A stretch of DNA of 40,756 nt from an uncultured Candidatus Saccharibacteria bacterium (GCA_964412905.1 CAYPQL010000002.1:1-40756), one strand, 5' to 3'. Positions 1 to 8,271 are shown, numbered from the stretch's first letter. Numbers and translations: made by a program. The notes: generated by a model not told the origin, from the sequence alone.

Positions 1-91
1 ATTCCACTGCGGCAAACTTAATTTATACCCATAGAAATGTCGGAAGAACCATCTTAATAAACAGCTTGATGCTCTGAAGAAAGCTCAAGAA

Positions 92-2242
92 GTGTTAATC
101 GATCAAGATATAAGAGAGGGAAAAATAACTCCCGGGATGGTGATGTCGGCTGATAGATTTTCTGGCGCTGTTGGAAGCGAGGGAAAAATTGGTAATTTTA
201 TCAAAGGATTAAGTAATAAACTTTTTGGAAGCGGAAAGCCCGAAAATGTTCAGGGAGAAACTATTGATATTCCAGCGAGAGTAGTTACGGAAGGAGCGGT
301 TCCAACGACCGACAAAAAGAAGGGGGTTATGGATAAAATAAAAGGATTTTTTGGCGGAGGAAAGGCAGGGGAGCAGGAAAAGCCTGCGGATGAAAAAGCG
401 AAAGCGAAAAAAGAGCTGATTGAAAAAATTGGGAGCGCGAATGATATTGATGGCGTTAAAGAGATTTTAACATCCATATTGGGCTTGAAGATTATCAAAG
501 AAGATTCAGAAAAAGATCTAAATAAAATGATGGAATATTTAGAAAGCGGGGAATATGATCAAGTTAAAACATATTTCAATGAACAGAGAGCTTTTATTGA
601 AAAGTCGAGTTTCAGCAAAGAAAATAAAGCCGTCCTTGATAAGTTTTATGCGAAGGCTATTGAGATTGCGGATAGGATGGAAGGCGTGGGCGATGATGGA
701 CTTGAGGTAGGAGAACCTGTTAGAAAAGATATTCCTCGCAGAGGTCGAAGACCGTCCAAGGAAGATTTAGAGCCGAAAGTTTCACGAAATGAAAAATCAG
801 AACCAAAAAAAGAGAGAGAAAATGAAGGAATATTAGATAAGTATAATTTATCTGATGCTTATGAAATTGTGAAAAAAATGGATGAGAATGAAATAAAAAA
901 AGAATGGAGAGCTCATCCAAAACTTAAGATTGAAACTTCAAATAAACCGGTTGTAATAGACGAAGAAGTTATTAAAGATTATAATGAATTGGTCGCACAA
1001 TATGCCATCAAAGAAAATAAAGAAGTCCCATTCTTTTTTGTCGAAGACGCAGAGAATAAGCGTATTGTAAAGATATTTATAGGTGAAGCTAAATCATATG
1101 GCTCAGCGGAATTGAGTCCTCTTACAGCTAAGGCAAAAAATGGGGAGACATTTGCTGCTTGGTGGAATGGGGAAAATAAGAATAAGAATTTATTCAATGG
1201 CAAAAATGGAAAATTTAAGGTGGGAATGGGACACACTCATCCCAAAGGTTATGGGCCTATATTTTCAAATGTAGGAGGAGGCGACTTTGGCCTTGATTAT
1301 AGTTCGGAGTTTGAGTTTAGATCGAGTGCTCTCTTTGCTGTTAATTCTTGCGCGTCTAATATTAGTTTTGTTGGATCGCCAGACACGGGATTAATTAGCG
1401 CTACTGAAGTTAAAAAAGATGGGGTTATTGTTTTTAATCCCATTAGTGTTTTAGCTGAAAAAAAAGCGAAAGAAGAGAAAAAAGAAAAAGGCGTGAAAAC
1501 AAAAGTAGATTTTTTTGGAAGCGGGAGCGGGAAGGAAGGGAAAGAGCAAAAGATTGATGAGAATGAAGTAGAGCCTGTGAAAATAGATGAGCAGACGAAA
1601 GAAGGAATTAAAAAAGGATTAGAGAAAATAAAGAAAAATGACGAGGAAGCCTTTTGGAAAATAGGGGGTCTTGCAAATAGCTTTTCCAAAGATGAAAGAT
1701 TGTTTGGCGATGTTTTTACTAAAGAATGGTTTGATAACTATATGAAAGATATAGGCATAAAGTATGAAGAAATTGAAGGTATTAAAACAAAAGATTTTAT
1801 GGCTGTTGTGAAAGTGGCGTATGAGGAGGTTAAGGGAGAAAAAAAAGATAAGAAAGATCAAGACAAAAAACCGCCAGATGAGCCAATGATAGTAGGCGGA
1901 GGGGGAAGTAAAAAAGGCAAGGAAAAAGAAAATGATGGCTGGAATGAGCGGCGAGAAAATCTTATAGAAAATGTTAAAAAGTATATTTCTAAAAATCTTA
2001 ATCAAGATGAAAAGAAGTTTTTTTTCGAAATAGCAGAAAGTGAATTTGAATATCGTCCATTCGCGATTTTTATAGAAGATATGATTAAAGACAAAAAGAT
2101 GGATAAATTATCCGAATTAAGAAAATATTATAAAGACACTGACGATTTGAAGCTGTCTGTAGGCGATATGATAAACAAGAAGACAAAAAATATAAAAAAG
2201 AAAGAAGAGCAATCGGCTTCTAGGCCAAAAGTAACAGTATAA
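92..2242 (+). CDS. hypothetical Lys/Glu-rich protein (716 aa as tracked) with a possible JAB/MPN-like core
   Basis: Long ORF ending in TAA and followed by a hairpin terminator. The tracked start is GTG and the frame is open from nt 35, so the true start is uncertain. No family recognised over most of its length. GMGHTHPKGYGPIFSNVGGGD (nt 1223-1285) loosely resembles a JAMM HxH..S..D site, but the spacing is off consensus. Confidence 0.6.
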   Translation: MLIDQDIREGKITPGMVMSADRFSGAVGSEGKIGNFIKGLSNKLFGSGKPENVQGETIDIPARVVTEGAVPTTDKKKGVMDKIKGFFGGGKAGEQEKPADEKAKAKKELIEKIGSANDIDGVKEILTSILGLKIIKEDSEKDLNKMMEYLESGEYDQVKTYFNEQRAFIEKSSFSKENKAVLDKFYAKAIEIADRMEGVGDDGLEVGEPVRKDIPRRGRRPSKEDLEPKVSRNEKSEPKKERENEGILDKYNLSDAYEIVKKMDENEIKKEWRAHPKLKIETSNKPVVIDEEVIKDYNELVAQYAIKENKEVPFFFVEDAENKRIVKIFIGEAKSYGSAELSPLTAKAKNGETFAAWWNGENKNKNLFNGKNGKFKVGMGHTHPKGYGPIFSNVGGGDFGLDYSSEFEFRSSALFAVNSCASNISFVGSPDTGLISATEVKKDGVIVFNPISVLAEKKAKEEKKEKGVKTKVDFFGSGSGKEGKEQKIDENEVEPVKIDEQTKEGIKKGLEKIKKNDEEAFWKIGGLANSFSKDERLFGDVFTKEWFDNYMKDIGIKYEEIEGIKTKDFMAVVKVAYEEVKGEKKDKKDQDKKPPDEPMIVGGGGSKKGKEKENDGWNERRENLIENVKKYISKNLNQDEKKFFFEIAESEFEYRPFAIFIEDMIKDKKMDKLSELRKYYKDTDDLKLSVGDMINKKTKNIKKKEEQSASRPKVTV

Positions 2243-2263
2243 AATTTTCTTTTTTTCAAAAAA

Positions 2264-2300
2264 CCAGCTCCGCTTTTTTAAGCGGGGTTTTTGATTTTTT
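2264..2300. terminator. hairpin terminator, usable on both strands
   Basis: Stem GCTCCGC / GCGGGG(T) with an 8-nt loop. It is followed by TTTTTGATTTTTT on the plus strand and preceded by an A-run, which gives a U-run on the minus strand. Confidence 0.6.
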
Positions 2301-2680
2301 CTATGTGGCTTCAGCTGAGGGCGCGCGATGCTTTAGCGTCGCGAGTTTTCAAAATAAATTATGCCTCGTGGCGCAGACGCAAAACGCAAATCGGAGTCCT
2401 TACGAAAGTAAGGAAGTTTTGTCCGGATTTAAACCTGTGATGCTCCTTCCTGACTTTCGTCAGGACTCCGTAATATTAAAATTCTTTAGCGGAAATTTGA
2501 TGCTTAGTGCGGGAACTGGTTTGTAACCAGTTTCTGAATGTTTCTTGCGCGCATAGGATTATCTTATACTTCAAAACAAAAAGAACGGGTTGCAAACCCG
2601 CTCCCGCGACAAAGCTTTAAATTATCCCGCACTTACAACCACCCCTGCTCCTCCTTGAAAAGGAGGGGATTTTATAATTC
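2301..2680. ncRNA. candidate structured RNA, class and strand unassigned
   Basis: Block visibly more GC-rich than its flanks. The only ORFs are two 73-codon frames with no recognisable protein features. Several helices can be drawn. Local helices: CGCGATGC/GCGTCGCG (2329-2348), GAAA-capped CCTTAC/GTAAGG (2398-2413), CCTGAC/GTCAGG (2449-2464) and AACTGGTT/AACCAGTT (2515-2533). Long-range helices: CGGAGTCC (2391-2398) with GGACTCCG (2463-2470), and AGTGCGGGA (2507-2515) with TCCCGCACT (2624-2632). Terminator-like hairpins sit at both ends. Confidence 0.4.
2648..2676 (+). terminator. intrinsic terminator-like hairpin
   Basis: Stem CTCCTCCTT / AAGGAGGGG around a GAA(A) loop, followed by ATTTTATAATT on the plus strand. 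Confidence 0.45.
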
Positions 2681-2689
2681 AAAATATAT

Positions 2690-3445
2690 TCAGCTTTTGA
2701 AAAATAGAATTGTTAGGAAAATAAAACTTCCGATCAATAAATATTTTGATATGTCATAAGCATCTCTCCATGGATAATTCGCGCTTTTCAAAATCTGAAA
2801 GTCTTCAATGAAAATTGTCTCGCAAGCTCTGTCTCCAGAATCGGTTCTTGTCGTGCTGCTTCCTCTTTTGAAATCCTCATTTTTTATTGAATATTCAACC
2901 AAATATCCCTTGAGATAAATTTGGTCTCCTCTTTTCACGCTTAATATTTTTTTATTTATTTCTTCGCTGTTCGACAAAAGGTGATTATTGGAAAGATTCG
3001 CGCTGTTATATTTTGACCAGTCATCTCTTGTTATATTCGGTTTGGAATTCACATAGCAAGTAAAGCTCCCGTTGCTAAATTTCAATTTTTTATATATTCC
3101 AGTTTCTATGTTCTTGTCCCAAATCACGCAAATGTCTTTGATATTCAAATAGTCCTTCCATTTCTCGTGATAATAATCAAGCAAGCTGGAGCTGTGATGA
3201 TAGGAAACAATCATTCCATTAAGCTCATAGTTATAAAGCGGTTTTATGATATAAACAATTCCGTTTTTTTCTATTTCAAACTCTTTTTTATCCGTCTGCG
3301 TCTGGATCGGATCTTTTTTCAGCTCCTCAAGCATCTCTGATTTATCCGGAAGCTTTTCAATTTGGAAATATGAAGCGATAAAAACTATGAGGCTCAAGTA
3401 GAAAATAAGTTTTACGAAACTGCGAATTACGCTTTTTATGCTCAT
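2690..3445 (-). CDS. hypothetical membrane-anchored protein (251 aa)
   Basis: Clean ORF with hydrophobic segments at the N-terminus (LIFYLSLIVFIASYF) and the C-terminus (YLLIGSFIFLTILFF). No family recognised. Confidence 0.65.
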   Translation of the reverse strand: MSIKSVIRSFVKLIFYLSLIVFIASYFQIEKLPDKSEMLEELKKDPIQTQTDKKEFEIEKNGIVYIIKPLYNYELNGMIVSYHHSSSLLDYYHEKWKDYLNIKDICVIWDKNIETGIYKKLKFSNGSFTCYVNSKPNITRDDWSKYNSANLSNNHLLSNSEEINKKILSVKRGDQIYLKGYLVEYSIKNEDFKRGSSTTRTDSGDRACETIFIEDFQILKSANYPWRDAYDISKYLLIGSFIFLTILFFKS

Positions 3446-3482
3446 TGATTTGGATTATAGGACTTATGCGTTTGCCATATTT

Positions 3483-3592
3483 TGTCATTCTGAACTTGTT
3501 TCAGAATCTGTTTCGTGATAGGTTTTGCTATTGTTTGTTTTACAAGCATAGATGTAGCAGGCGAAAGATCCTGAAATAAATTCAGGATGACA
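3483..3592. repeat. palindromic MITE-like element, family B (TGTCATTCTGAA...TTCAGGATGACA)
   Basis: Terminal inverted repeats, each end forming its own local hairpin (ATTCTGAA..TTCAGAAT and ATCCTGAA..TTCAGGAT). A second copy lies at 18890-18995. Confidence 0.75.
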
Positions 3593-3633
3593 AAAAAGCA
3601 TTTTGTAATTCAAAGTACATTCTGCGATTCAAA

Positions 3634-5793
3634 CTAAACCACAATATTAACCAGCCTCCCTTTCACAAATATCACTTTCTTAATTTCTTTCCCTTCAATC
3701 CATTTTTTTACTTTCTCGCTTTCAAGGGCGAGTTTTTTGGCGTCGGTTTCGGAAATATCCGCCATAACCTTGATTTGATCGCGGAGTTTGCCGTTGATTT
3801 GGACTACTAAAATTATTTCTTTTTCTTTGGCTAATTCCGGATTATATTCAGGCCATTTTTGCAAATGAATGCTTTCTTTATTTCCCAGCGCTTCCCAAAT
3901 TTCTTCCGTGATGTGCGGGGCGAAAGGAGAAATTAGAATTAAGAATTTTGAATAATGAATTTTGGATAAATTGGTTTTTTCTCCGCCTTCGGCGGATCCG
4001 CCATAGGCGGACATTTCATTAAGCAAAATCATCAAGGCGGATAGGGCGGTATTGAATTTGAGGTTTTCAATATCTTCTGTGACTTTTTTGATTGTCTTGT
4101 GCAATAATGATTCTAATTTGGAATTTTGACATTGGATATTTGATATTGATTTGACATTTGACATTTGACATTTGACATTCAAATTCCATATCCTTTCCAA
4201 AAACCTATTCATTCCGACTAAACTAGTTGTTGACCACGGGATCGCGTCGCCGTAAGGTCCCATAAACATTTCATAAAGACGCAAAGTGTCGGCGCCATAT
4301 TTTTTTATGACATCGTCCGGGTTGACGACATTGCCGCGAGACTTGCTCATTTTTTGCCCGTCTTCCGCCAAAATCATTCCGTGCGATCGTCTTTTCGCGT
4401 AAGGTTCGGCTGTGTTTACATAGCCGAGATCAAACAAAAACTTGTGCCAAAATCTGGAATATAGCAAATGCAAAGTGGTGTGTTCCATTCCGCCGTTATA
4501 CAAATCAACGGGCATCCAATAGTCTATTAACTTTTTTGAATTTTGAATTTTGAATTTTGAATTTTGAATTTTTTGCATTGCGTATGCGAGGTAATACCAG
4601 CTTGATCCTGCCCAATTCGGCATCGTGTCCGTTTCTCGTTTGGCGTCATTTTTACAAACAGGACATTTCACATTCACCCATTTTTTAATATTAGCGAGCG
4701 GAGACTCTCCAGTATCCGTCGGCTCGTAATTTTTAACATTCGGAAGCTCCAGCGGCAAATCTTTTTCGGAAAGGGGAATGTTTTTTTCCGTGTTTACTAT
4801 TTCAAACTCCCAGCCGACAAGCCCGTTTTTTTCAATTCTACTAAGATAGTCTTTCGTAAAGCTAAAACATTTTTTAAAATCATCAAAACTTTTAATTTTT
4901 ATTTCTGGAATAATATTTTTTATTAAACTTTTTTCTTTATAAAGCTCTTCTAAATTTTTGAAATTATAGACTTTATTGATTTTGACGATTTCAAATTCTC
5001 CGGTATTTTTATTGTTAAACTTGACGAAATCTCCAATTTTAATATTTCCAAAGTATTTATTTTTTTCCTCAGGATTCAAAGCTCTGGTTTCTATGGTTTT
5101 CTTGTTCTCTATGATTTGTTTCCATATATTCTGATCATAAAAACTCAATTCGTTTTTAATTTTTAAATCTTTCAATCCGCAATTCTCGCATTTCACAATC
5201 GGAATCGGCTCGCCCCAATAATGCTGACGAGAAAAGACCCAATCACGGAGCTTGTAATTTACAGCTTTTTTGCCGAGGTTGTCTTTGGAGAGCCAGTCGG
5301 TGATTTGTTCTTTAAATTCTTGTGTTGTTAATCCGTCGAATTTCCCAGAATTTATGGCAACACCATTTTCTGTTAATGCTTTTTCGCCATTTAAAAACGC
5401 ATCCCAGAAAATTTTTAATTCTTGCAGATTTAAAAAATTATTTACTTCATCTTTTTTTATCCAAAGCCCGTCGTGGTTTTTTATCTCTTCTTTTTTTGGC
5501 TCAACAAAACTATCGTCCAATAATTCAATATAAATGCAATTTCTTTCTAAATCATGGCGATTTACATCTTTATGCGCTGCAAAAAAACGACTGTGAATTG
5601 TATTTCCAATTTTTCTCACGACGCGCATATTTTGATAGCCGGATTCTTCTTTTGATTCTCTAATAGCCGCTTCTTCCGCAGTTTCTCCTTTTTCAATGCC
5701 GCCAACAATAAAAGTTTTCCAATCATTCTTGCTTTTACTCCAATCTAAACAGAAATACTCATCTTTATTCCAGTGTTTTATTATAACATCCAC
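3634..5793 (-). CDS. leuS: leucine--tRNA ligase, C-terminal segment (in frame with the N-terminal segment, separated from it by a single TAA)
   Basis: LeuRS hallmarks: VNYKLRDWVFSRQHYWGEPIPIV, the KMSKS loop (DGQKMSKSRGN) and a C-terminal anticodon-binding region. The frame is open continuously from nt 5877 down to the tracked GTG at 5793. Confidence 0.85.
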   Translation of the reverse strand: MDVIIKHWNKDEYFCLDWSKSKNDWKTFIVGGIEKGETAEEAAIRESKEESGYQNMRVVRKIGNTIHSRFFAAHKDVNRHDLERNCIYIELLDDSFVEPKKEEIKNHDGLWIKKDEVNNFLNLQELKIFWDAFLNGEKALTENGVAINSGKFDGLTTQEFKEQITDWLSKDNLGKKAVNYKLRDWVFSRQHYWGEPIPIVKCENCGLKDLKIKNELSFYDQNIWKQIIENKKTIETRALNPEEKNKYFGNIKIGDFVKFNNKNTGEFEIVKINKVYNFKNLEELYKEKSLIKNIIPEIKIKSFDDFKKCFSFTKDYLSRIEKNGLVGWEFEIVNTEKNIPLSEKDLPLELPNVKNYEPTDTGESPLANIKKWVNVKCPVCKNDAKRETDTMPNWAGSSWYYLAYAMQKIQNSKFKIQNSKKLIDYWMPVDLYNGGMEHTTLHLLYSRFWHKFLFDLGYVNTAEPYAKRRSHGMILAEDGQKMSKSRGNVVNPDDVIKKYGADTLRLYEMFMGPYGDAIPWSTTSLVGMNRFLERIWNLNVKCQMSNVKSISNIQCQNSKLESLLHKTIKKVTEDIENLKFNTALSALMILLNEMSAYGGSAEGGEKTNLSKIHYSKFLILISPFAPHITEEIWEALGNKESIHLQKWPEYNPELAKEKEIILVVQINGKLRDQIKVMADISETDAKKLALESEKVKKWIEGKEIKKVIFVKGRLVNIVV
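4150..4177. repeat. heptamer tandem array (TTTGACA x4) inside leuS
   Basis: Direct read. On the coding strand it encodes part of NVKCQMSNVKSISNIQCQ. Degenerate 7-mers extend upstream to about 4130. Confidence 0.9.
4544..4578. repeat. heptamer tandem array (TTTTGAA x5) inside leuS
   Basis: Direct read. Encodes [14 protein letters not shown] with a 7-aa period (3 units = 21 nt). Confidence 0.9.
4780..5175 (-). other. ASCH/PUA-like domain inserted in LeuRS
   Basis: About 130 extra residues lie between the conserved KCENCG and IPLSEKDLPLELP. The segment WKQIIENKKTIETRALNPEEKNKYFGNIKIGDFVKFNNKNTGEFEIVKINKVYNFKNLEEL...GLVGWEFEIV matches the remembered ASCH pattern (G-KT-E-R ... GD ... F ... sfeel ... 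vaieF). Confidence 0.5.
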
Positions 5794-5810
5794 GACTTTT
5801 CTTTCTGTAT
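5390..5810 (-). other. Nudix hydrolase domain inserted in LeuRS
   Basis: A near-perfect Nudix box, GGIEKGETAEEAAIRESKEESGY (nt 5703-5635), fits GX5EX7REUXEEXGU. It lies between the end of the CP1/editing region ([15 protein letters not shown]) and the conserved INSGKFDGL motif. Confidence 0.75.
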
Positions 5811-5877
5811 TTTCTTTATCTTTTCTAATTTTATTTTTTCCTTCACCAATGAATAATGGCGCTACAACTTGTACAAA

Positions 5878-7122
5878 TTACAAATTATACTTCCTCGCAA
5901 ACTCCCAATCTCTTTCATCATGCGCCGGCACGGCCATAATCGCGCCAGTGCCGTAACTCGCTAAAACATAATCCGCGACCCAGACTGGAATTTCTTCTCC
6001 GCTTGCGGGATTAGTTGCCTTAATTCCTTTCAATTCCACTCCCGTTTTTTCTTTCGCCAAATCAGTTCTGTCCAAGTCGGATTTGTTTTTCGCCTGCTCA
6101 ATATACTTTTCAACTTCATCGTAATTTGTAATTTGTAATTTGTAATTTGTAATTAGCTCGTGTTCCGGAGAAATAACCATATAAGTGCAACCGAATAAAG
6201 TATCCGGACGGGTGGTAAATACTTCTACGAAGAATTTTGAATTTTGAATTTTGAATTTTGAATTTATTTGATATTTGGAATTTGATATTTGGAATTTTAT
6301 CACCGCTCCTTCCGATTTGCCAATCCAATTAACTTGTTGTGTTTTGATTTTATCCAAATAATCAACCGTATCCAAATCTTTAATTAGTCTGTCCGCGTAT
6401 TTTGTGATGCGGAGCATCCATTGCTTCATTGTTTTTTTCTCCGCTTTAGCATGGCACCTTTCACATTCGCCCCCGACAACTTCTTCATTGGCTAATCCGA
6501 TTTTGCAGCTTGGGCACCAGTTTATAGACATCCTGGCTTCATAGGCTAATCTGCGCTCGTCAATATATTTATTTACGGAGCTCAACTCCGAGGCTTCGGA
6601 GCTAAGCTCCTTGTCTTTTTCTAAATCTTTCGGAATTTCCAACTCTTCAATCGGCCGCGCTTTATCCAGTTTCTCATCATAAAAACTATTGAATAATTTC
6701 AAAAAAATCCACTGCGTCCACTTGTAATATTCAGGATCAGTGGTGTTTATTTCCCGCGACCAATCAAAACTCGGGCCGTAGCTTTTGATCTGGCGAGTGA
6801 AATTTTTGACATTGTTTTTTGTGACGATTCTGGGGTGCGTCTTTGTCTTAATCGCGAAATTCTCCGTCGGCAATCCGAAAGCGTCCCAGCCGATCGGATA
6901 CATCACATTATATCCGCTCATTCGCTTTTTCCGCGCGACAATATCAATGGCGATATGGCTTCGCAAATGCCCCACATGAAGCCCCGCGCCAGAAGGGTAG
7001 GGGAATTCAATTAGGCAATAATACTTCGGCTTTTTTGAAAAATCCTCAGCACTATAAATCCCGCTCCTATCCCATTCCTTCTGCCACTTTTTCTCAATTT
7101 TCTTCGGATTGTATTTTTGCAT
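5878..7122 (-). CDS. leuS: leucine--tRNA ligase, N-terminal segment (ends at an in-frame TAA, 5880-5878)
   Basis: HIGH motif ([10 protein letters not shown]), a zinc-knuckle region ([13 protein letters not shown]), and editing-domain motifs TTRPDTLFG and [16 protein letters not shown]. Confidence 0.9.
   Translation of the reverse strand: MQKYNPKKIEKKWQKEWDRSGIYSAEDFSKKPKYYCLIEFPYPSGAGLHVGHLRSHIAIDIVARKKRMSGYNVMYPIGWDAFGLPTENFAIKTKTHPRIVTKNNVKNFTRQIKSYGPSFDWSREINTTDPEYYKWTQWIFLKLFNSFYDEKLDKARPIEELEIPKDLEKDKELSSEASELSSVNKYIDERRLAYEARMSINWCPSCKIGLANEEVVGGECERCHAKAEKKTMKQWMLRITKYADRLIKDLDTVDYLDKIKTQQVNWIGKSEGAVIKFQISNSKYQINSKFKIQNSKFFVEVFTTRPDTLFGCTYMVISPEHELITNYKLQITNYDEVEKYIEQAKNKSDLDRTDLAKEKTGVELKGIKATNPASGEEIPVWVADYVLASYGTGAIMAVPAHDERDWEFARKYNL
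6122..6156. repeat. heptamer tandem array (TAATTTG x4 plus one variant) inside leuS
   Basis: Direct read. Encodes [10 protein letters not shown]. Confidence 0.9.
6232..6298. repeat. compound tandem array (GAATTTT x4-5, then TTTGATATTTGGAA x2) inside leuS
   Basis: Direct read. Encodes [23 protein letters not shown]. Confidence 0.9.
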
Positions 7123-7136
7123 AGATATAATTTTTA

Positions 7137-7370
7137 TTAAACTTCTTTAACATTTTTAACAGAGTTTTCTTTAGGTTCAGGTTTAAGCTCAGGCTTAGAG
7201 GCAATAATCTTGCCTTCGCTTTCAGGAGGTTCTATTATTTGCAATTCTGGATTATTCAATTTCAATTCTTCTAACATTTCTTGTTTTTTTTGTTCCTCAA
7301 GAAAATGAGCCGCTAAAACCACTTCGCTTGGAAGATTGCTCTCATTCTTTTTTGGATTTTCCATACTCAT
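7137..7370 (-). CDS. small acidic hypothetical protein (77 aa)
   Basis: ORF lying between tatD and leuS on the same strand. No SD sequence and low-complexity composition. Confidence 0.4.
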   Translation of the reverse strand: MSMENPKKNESNLPSEVVLAAHFLEEQKKQEMLEELKLNNPELQIIEPPESEGKIIASKPELKPEPKENSVKNVKEV

Positions 7371-7406
7371 AATTTTTAAATTAAAAATTAAAATATTAAA
7401 ATGAAT

Positions 7407-8189
7407 TCATATTCCAAACAATCTCTTTGCATTTTCGCTCGTTGCTTTTTCTATTTTTTCAAAGTCGGTTTTTCTAACCCCAGCTATTTTTTCAGCGACA
7501 TATTTTACAAACAAAGGCTCGTTTCGCTCTCCGCGCTTGGGAATGGGAGCAAGATAAGGGCAGTCTGTTTCAATAAGCATTTTATCAAGAGGCGTATTTT
7601 TTATAACTTTATAAATTTCAGGCTCTCCGTTGAATTCCATTTTGTCTTTATAATAAGTGACAATTCCCGTGAAGCCGATATAAAATCCTAAATCTAAAAA
7701 TTCTTTGGCAATGAGCCAGCTGGCGCAGAAACAATGTATAACTCCTCTCCAATCGGAAGTTTTATAACTTTTCAAAATATCAAGCATATCATTATAAGCG
7801 TCTCGGCAATGAAGTATGATCGGCATATTGTGATTATCCGCCAATTCCAATTGCAATCTGAATGCTTCAATTTGTTTTTCTTGTGGAGATAAATTGCGAA
7901 AATAATCCAAACCTATTTCTCCGACAGCGATGACTTTGTAATGATCCGCAAGCTCTTCTATTTTTTTCAGGCTATGCTCATTGACCGTGTCCGCGTCGTG
8001 AGGATGAATCCCCGCGGAAGCAAAAATATTTTCATACTTCGTGGCAAGCTCGCAGCTTCTTGCGCTGGAATTTAAATCGCATCCGATATTGATCATTTTT
8101 TCTCCGCCACCATCAAAATATCTCGCGATAACTTCCTCGCGATCTTTGTCAAATTCTTTAAAGTCTATGTGGGCGTGTGTGTCTATCAC
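7407..8189 (-). CDS. tatD: TatD-family metal-dependent hydrolase/DNase
   Basis: N-terminal MIDTHAHIDF (HxH), GEIGLDY, and IETDCPYLAP near the C-terminus. Confidence 0.9.
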   Translation of the reverse strand: MIDTHAHIDFKEFDKDREEVIARYFDGGGEKMINIGCDLNSSARSCELATKYENIFASAGIHPHDADTVNEHSLKKIEELADHYKVIAVGEIGLDYFRNLSPQEKQIEAFRLQLELADNHNMPIILHCRDAYNDMLDILKSYKTSDWRGVIHCFCASWLIAKEFLDLGFYIGFTGIVTYYKDKMEFNGEPEIYKVIKNTPLDKMLIETDCPYLAPIPKRGERNEPLFVKYVAEKIAGVRKTDFEKIEKATSENAKRLFGI

Positions 8190-8271
8190 AATTCTATTTT
8201 AATCAATTTAGGGTTGTTTTTTTACCGCTTTGTGATACAATGATAATAAAAGAAATAAGGAGGTGAATACA

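Noticed and set aside
2301-2680. Specific assignment of the structured block as tmRNA, RNase P RNA or SRP RNA
   Set aside because: I looked on both strands for tmRNA acceptor/T-arm sequences and an Ala-rich tag ORF. I also looked for RNase P P4 sequences at the proper spacing and for the SRP GGAA-capped helix 8 motif. Only weak partial resemblances were found, so the class is left open.
2305-2759. Two 73-codon plus-strand ORFs (2305-2526 and 2538-2759) as protein genes
   Set aside because: They have no SD and no recognisable protein features, and they lie over a helix-rich block that is more GC-rich than its flanks. The second ORF also runs into the convergent gene at 2690-3445. The region is treated as candidate RNA instead.
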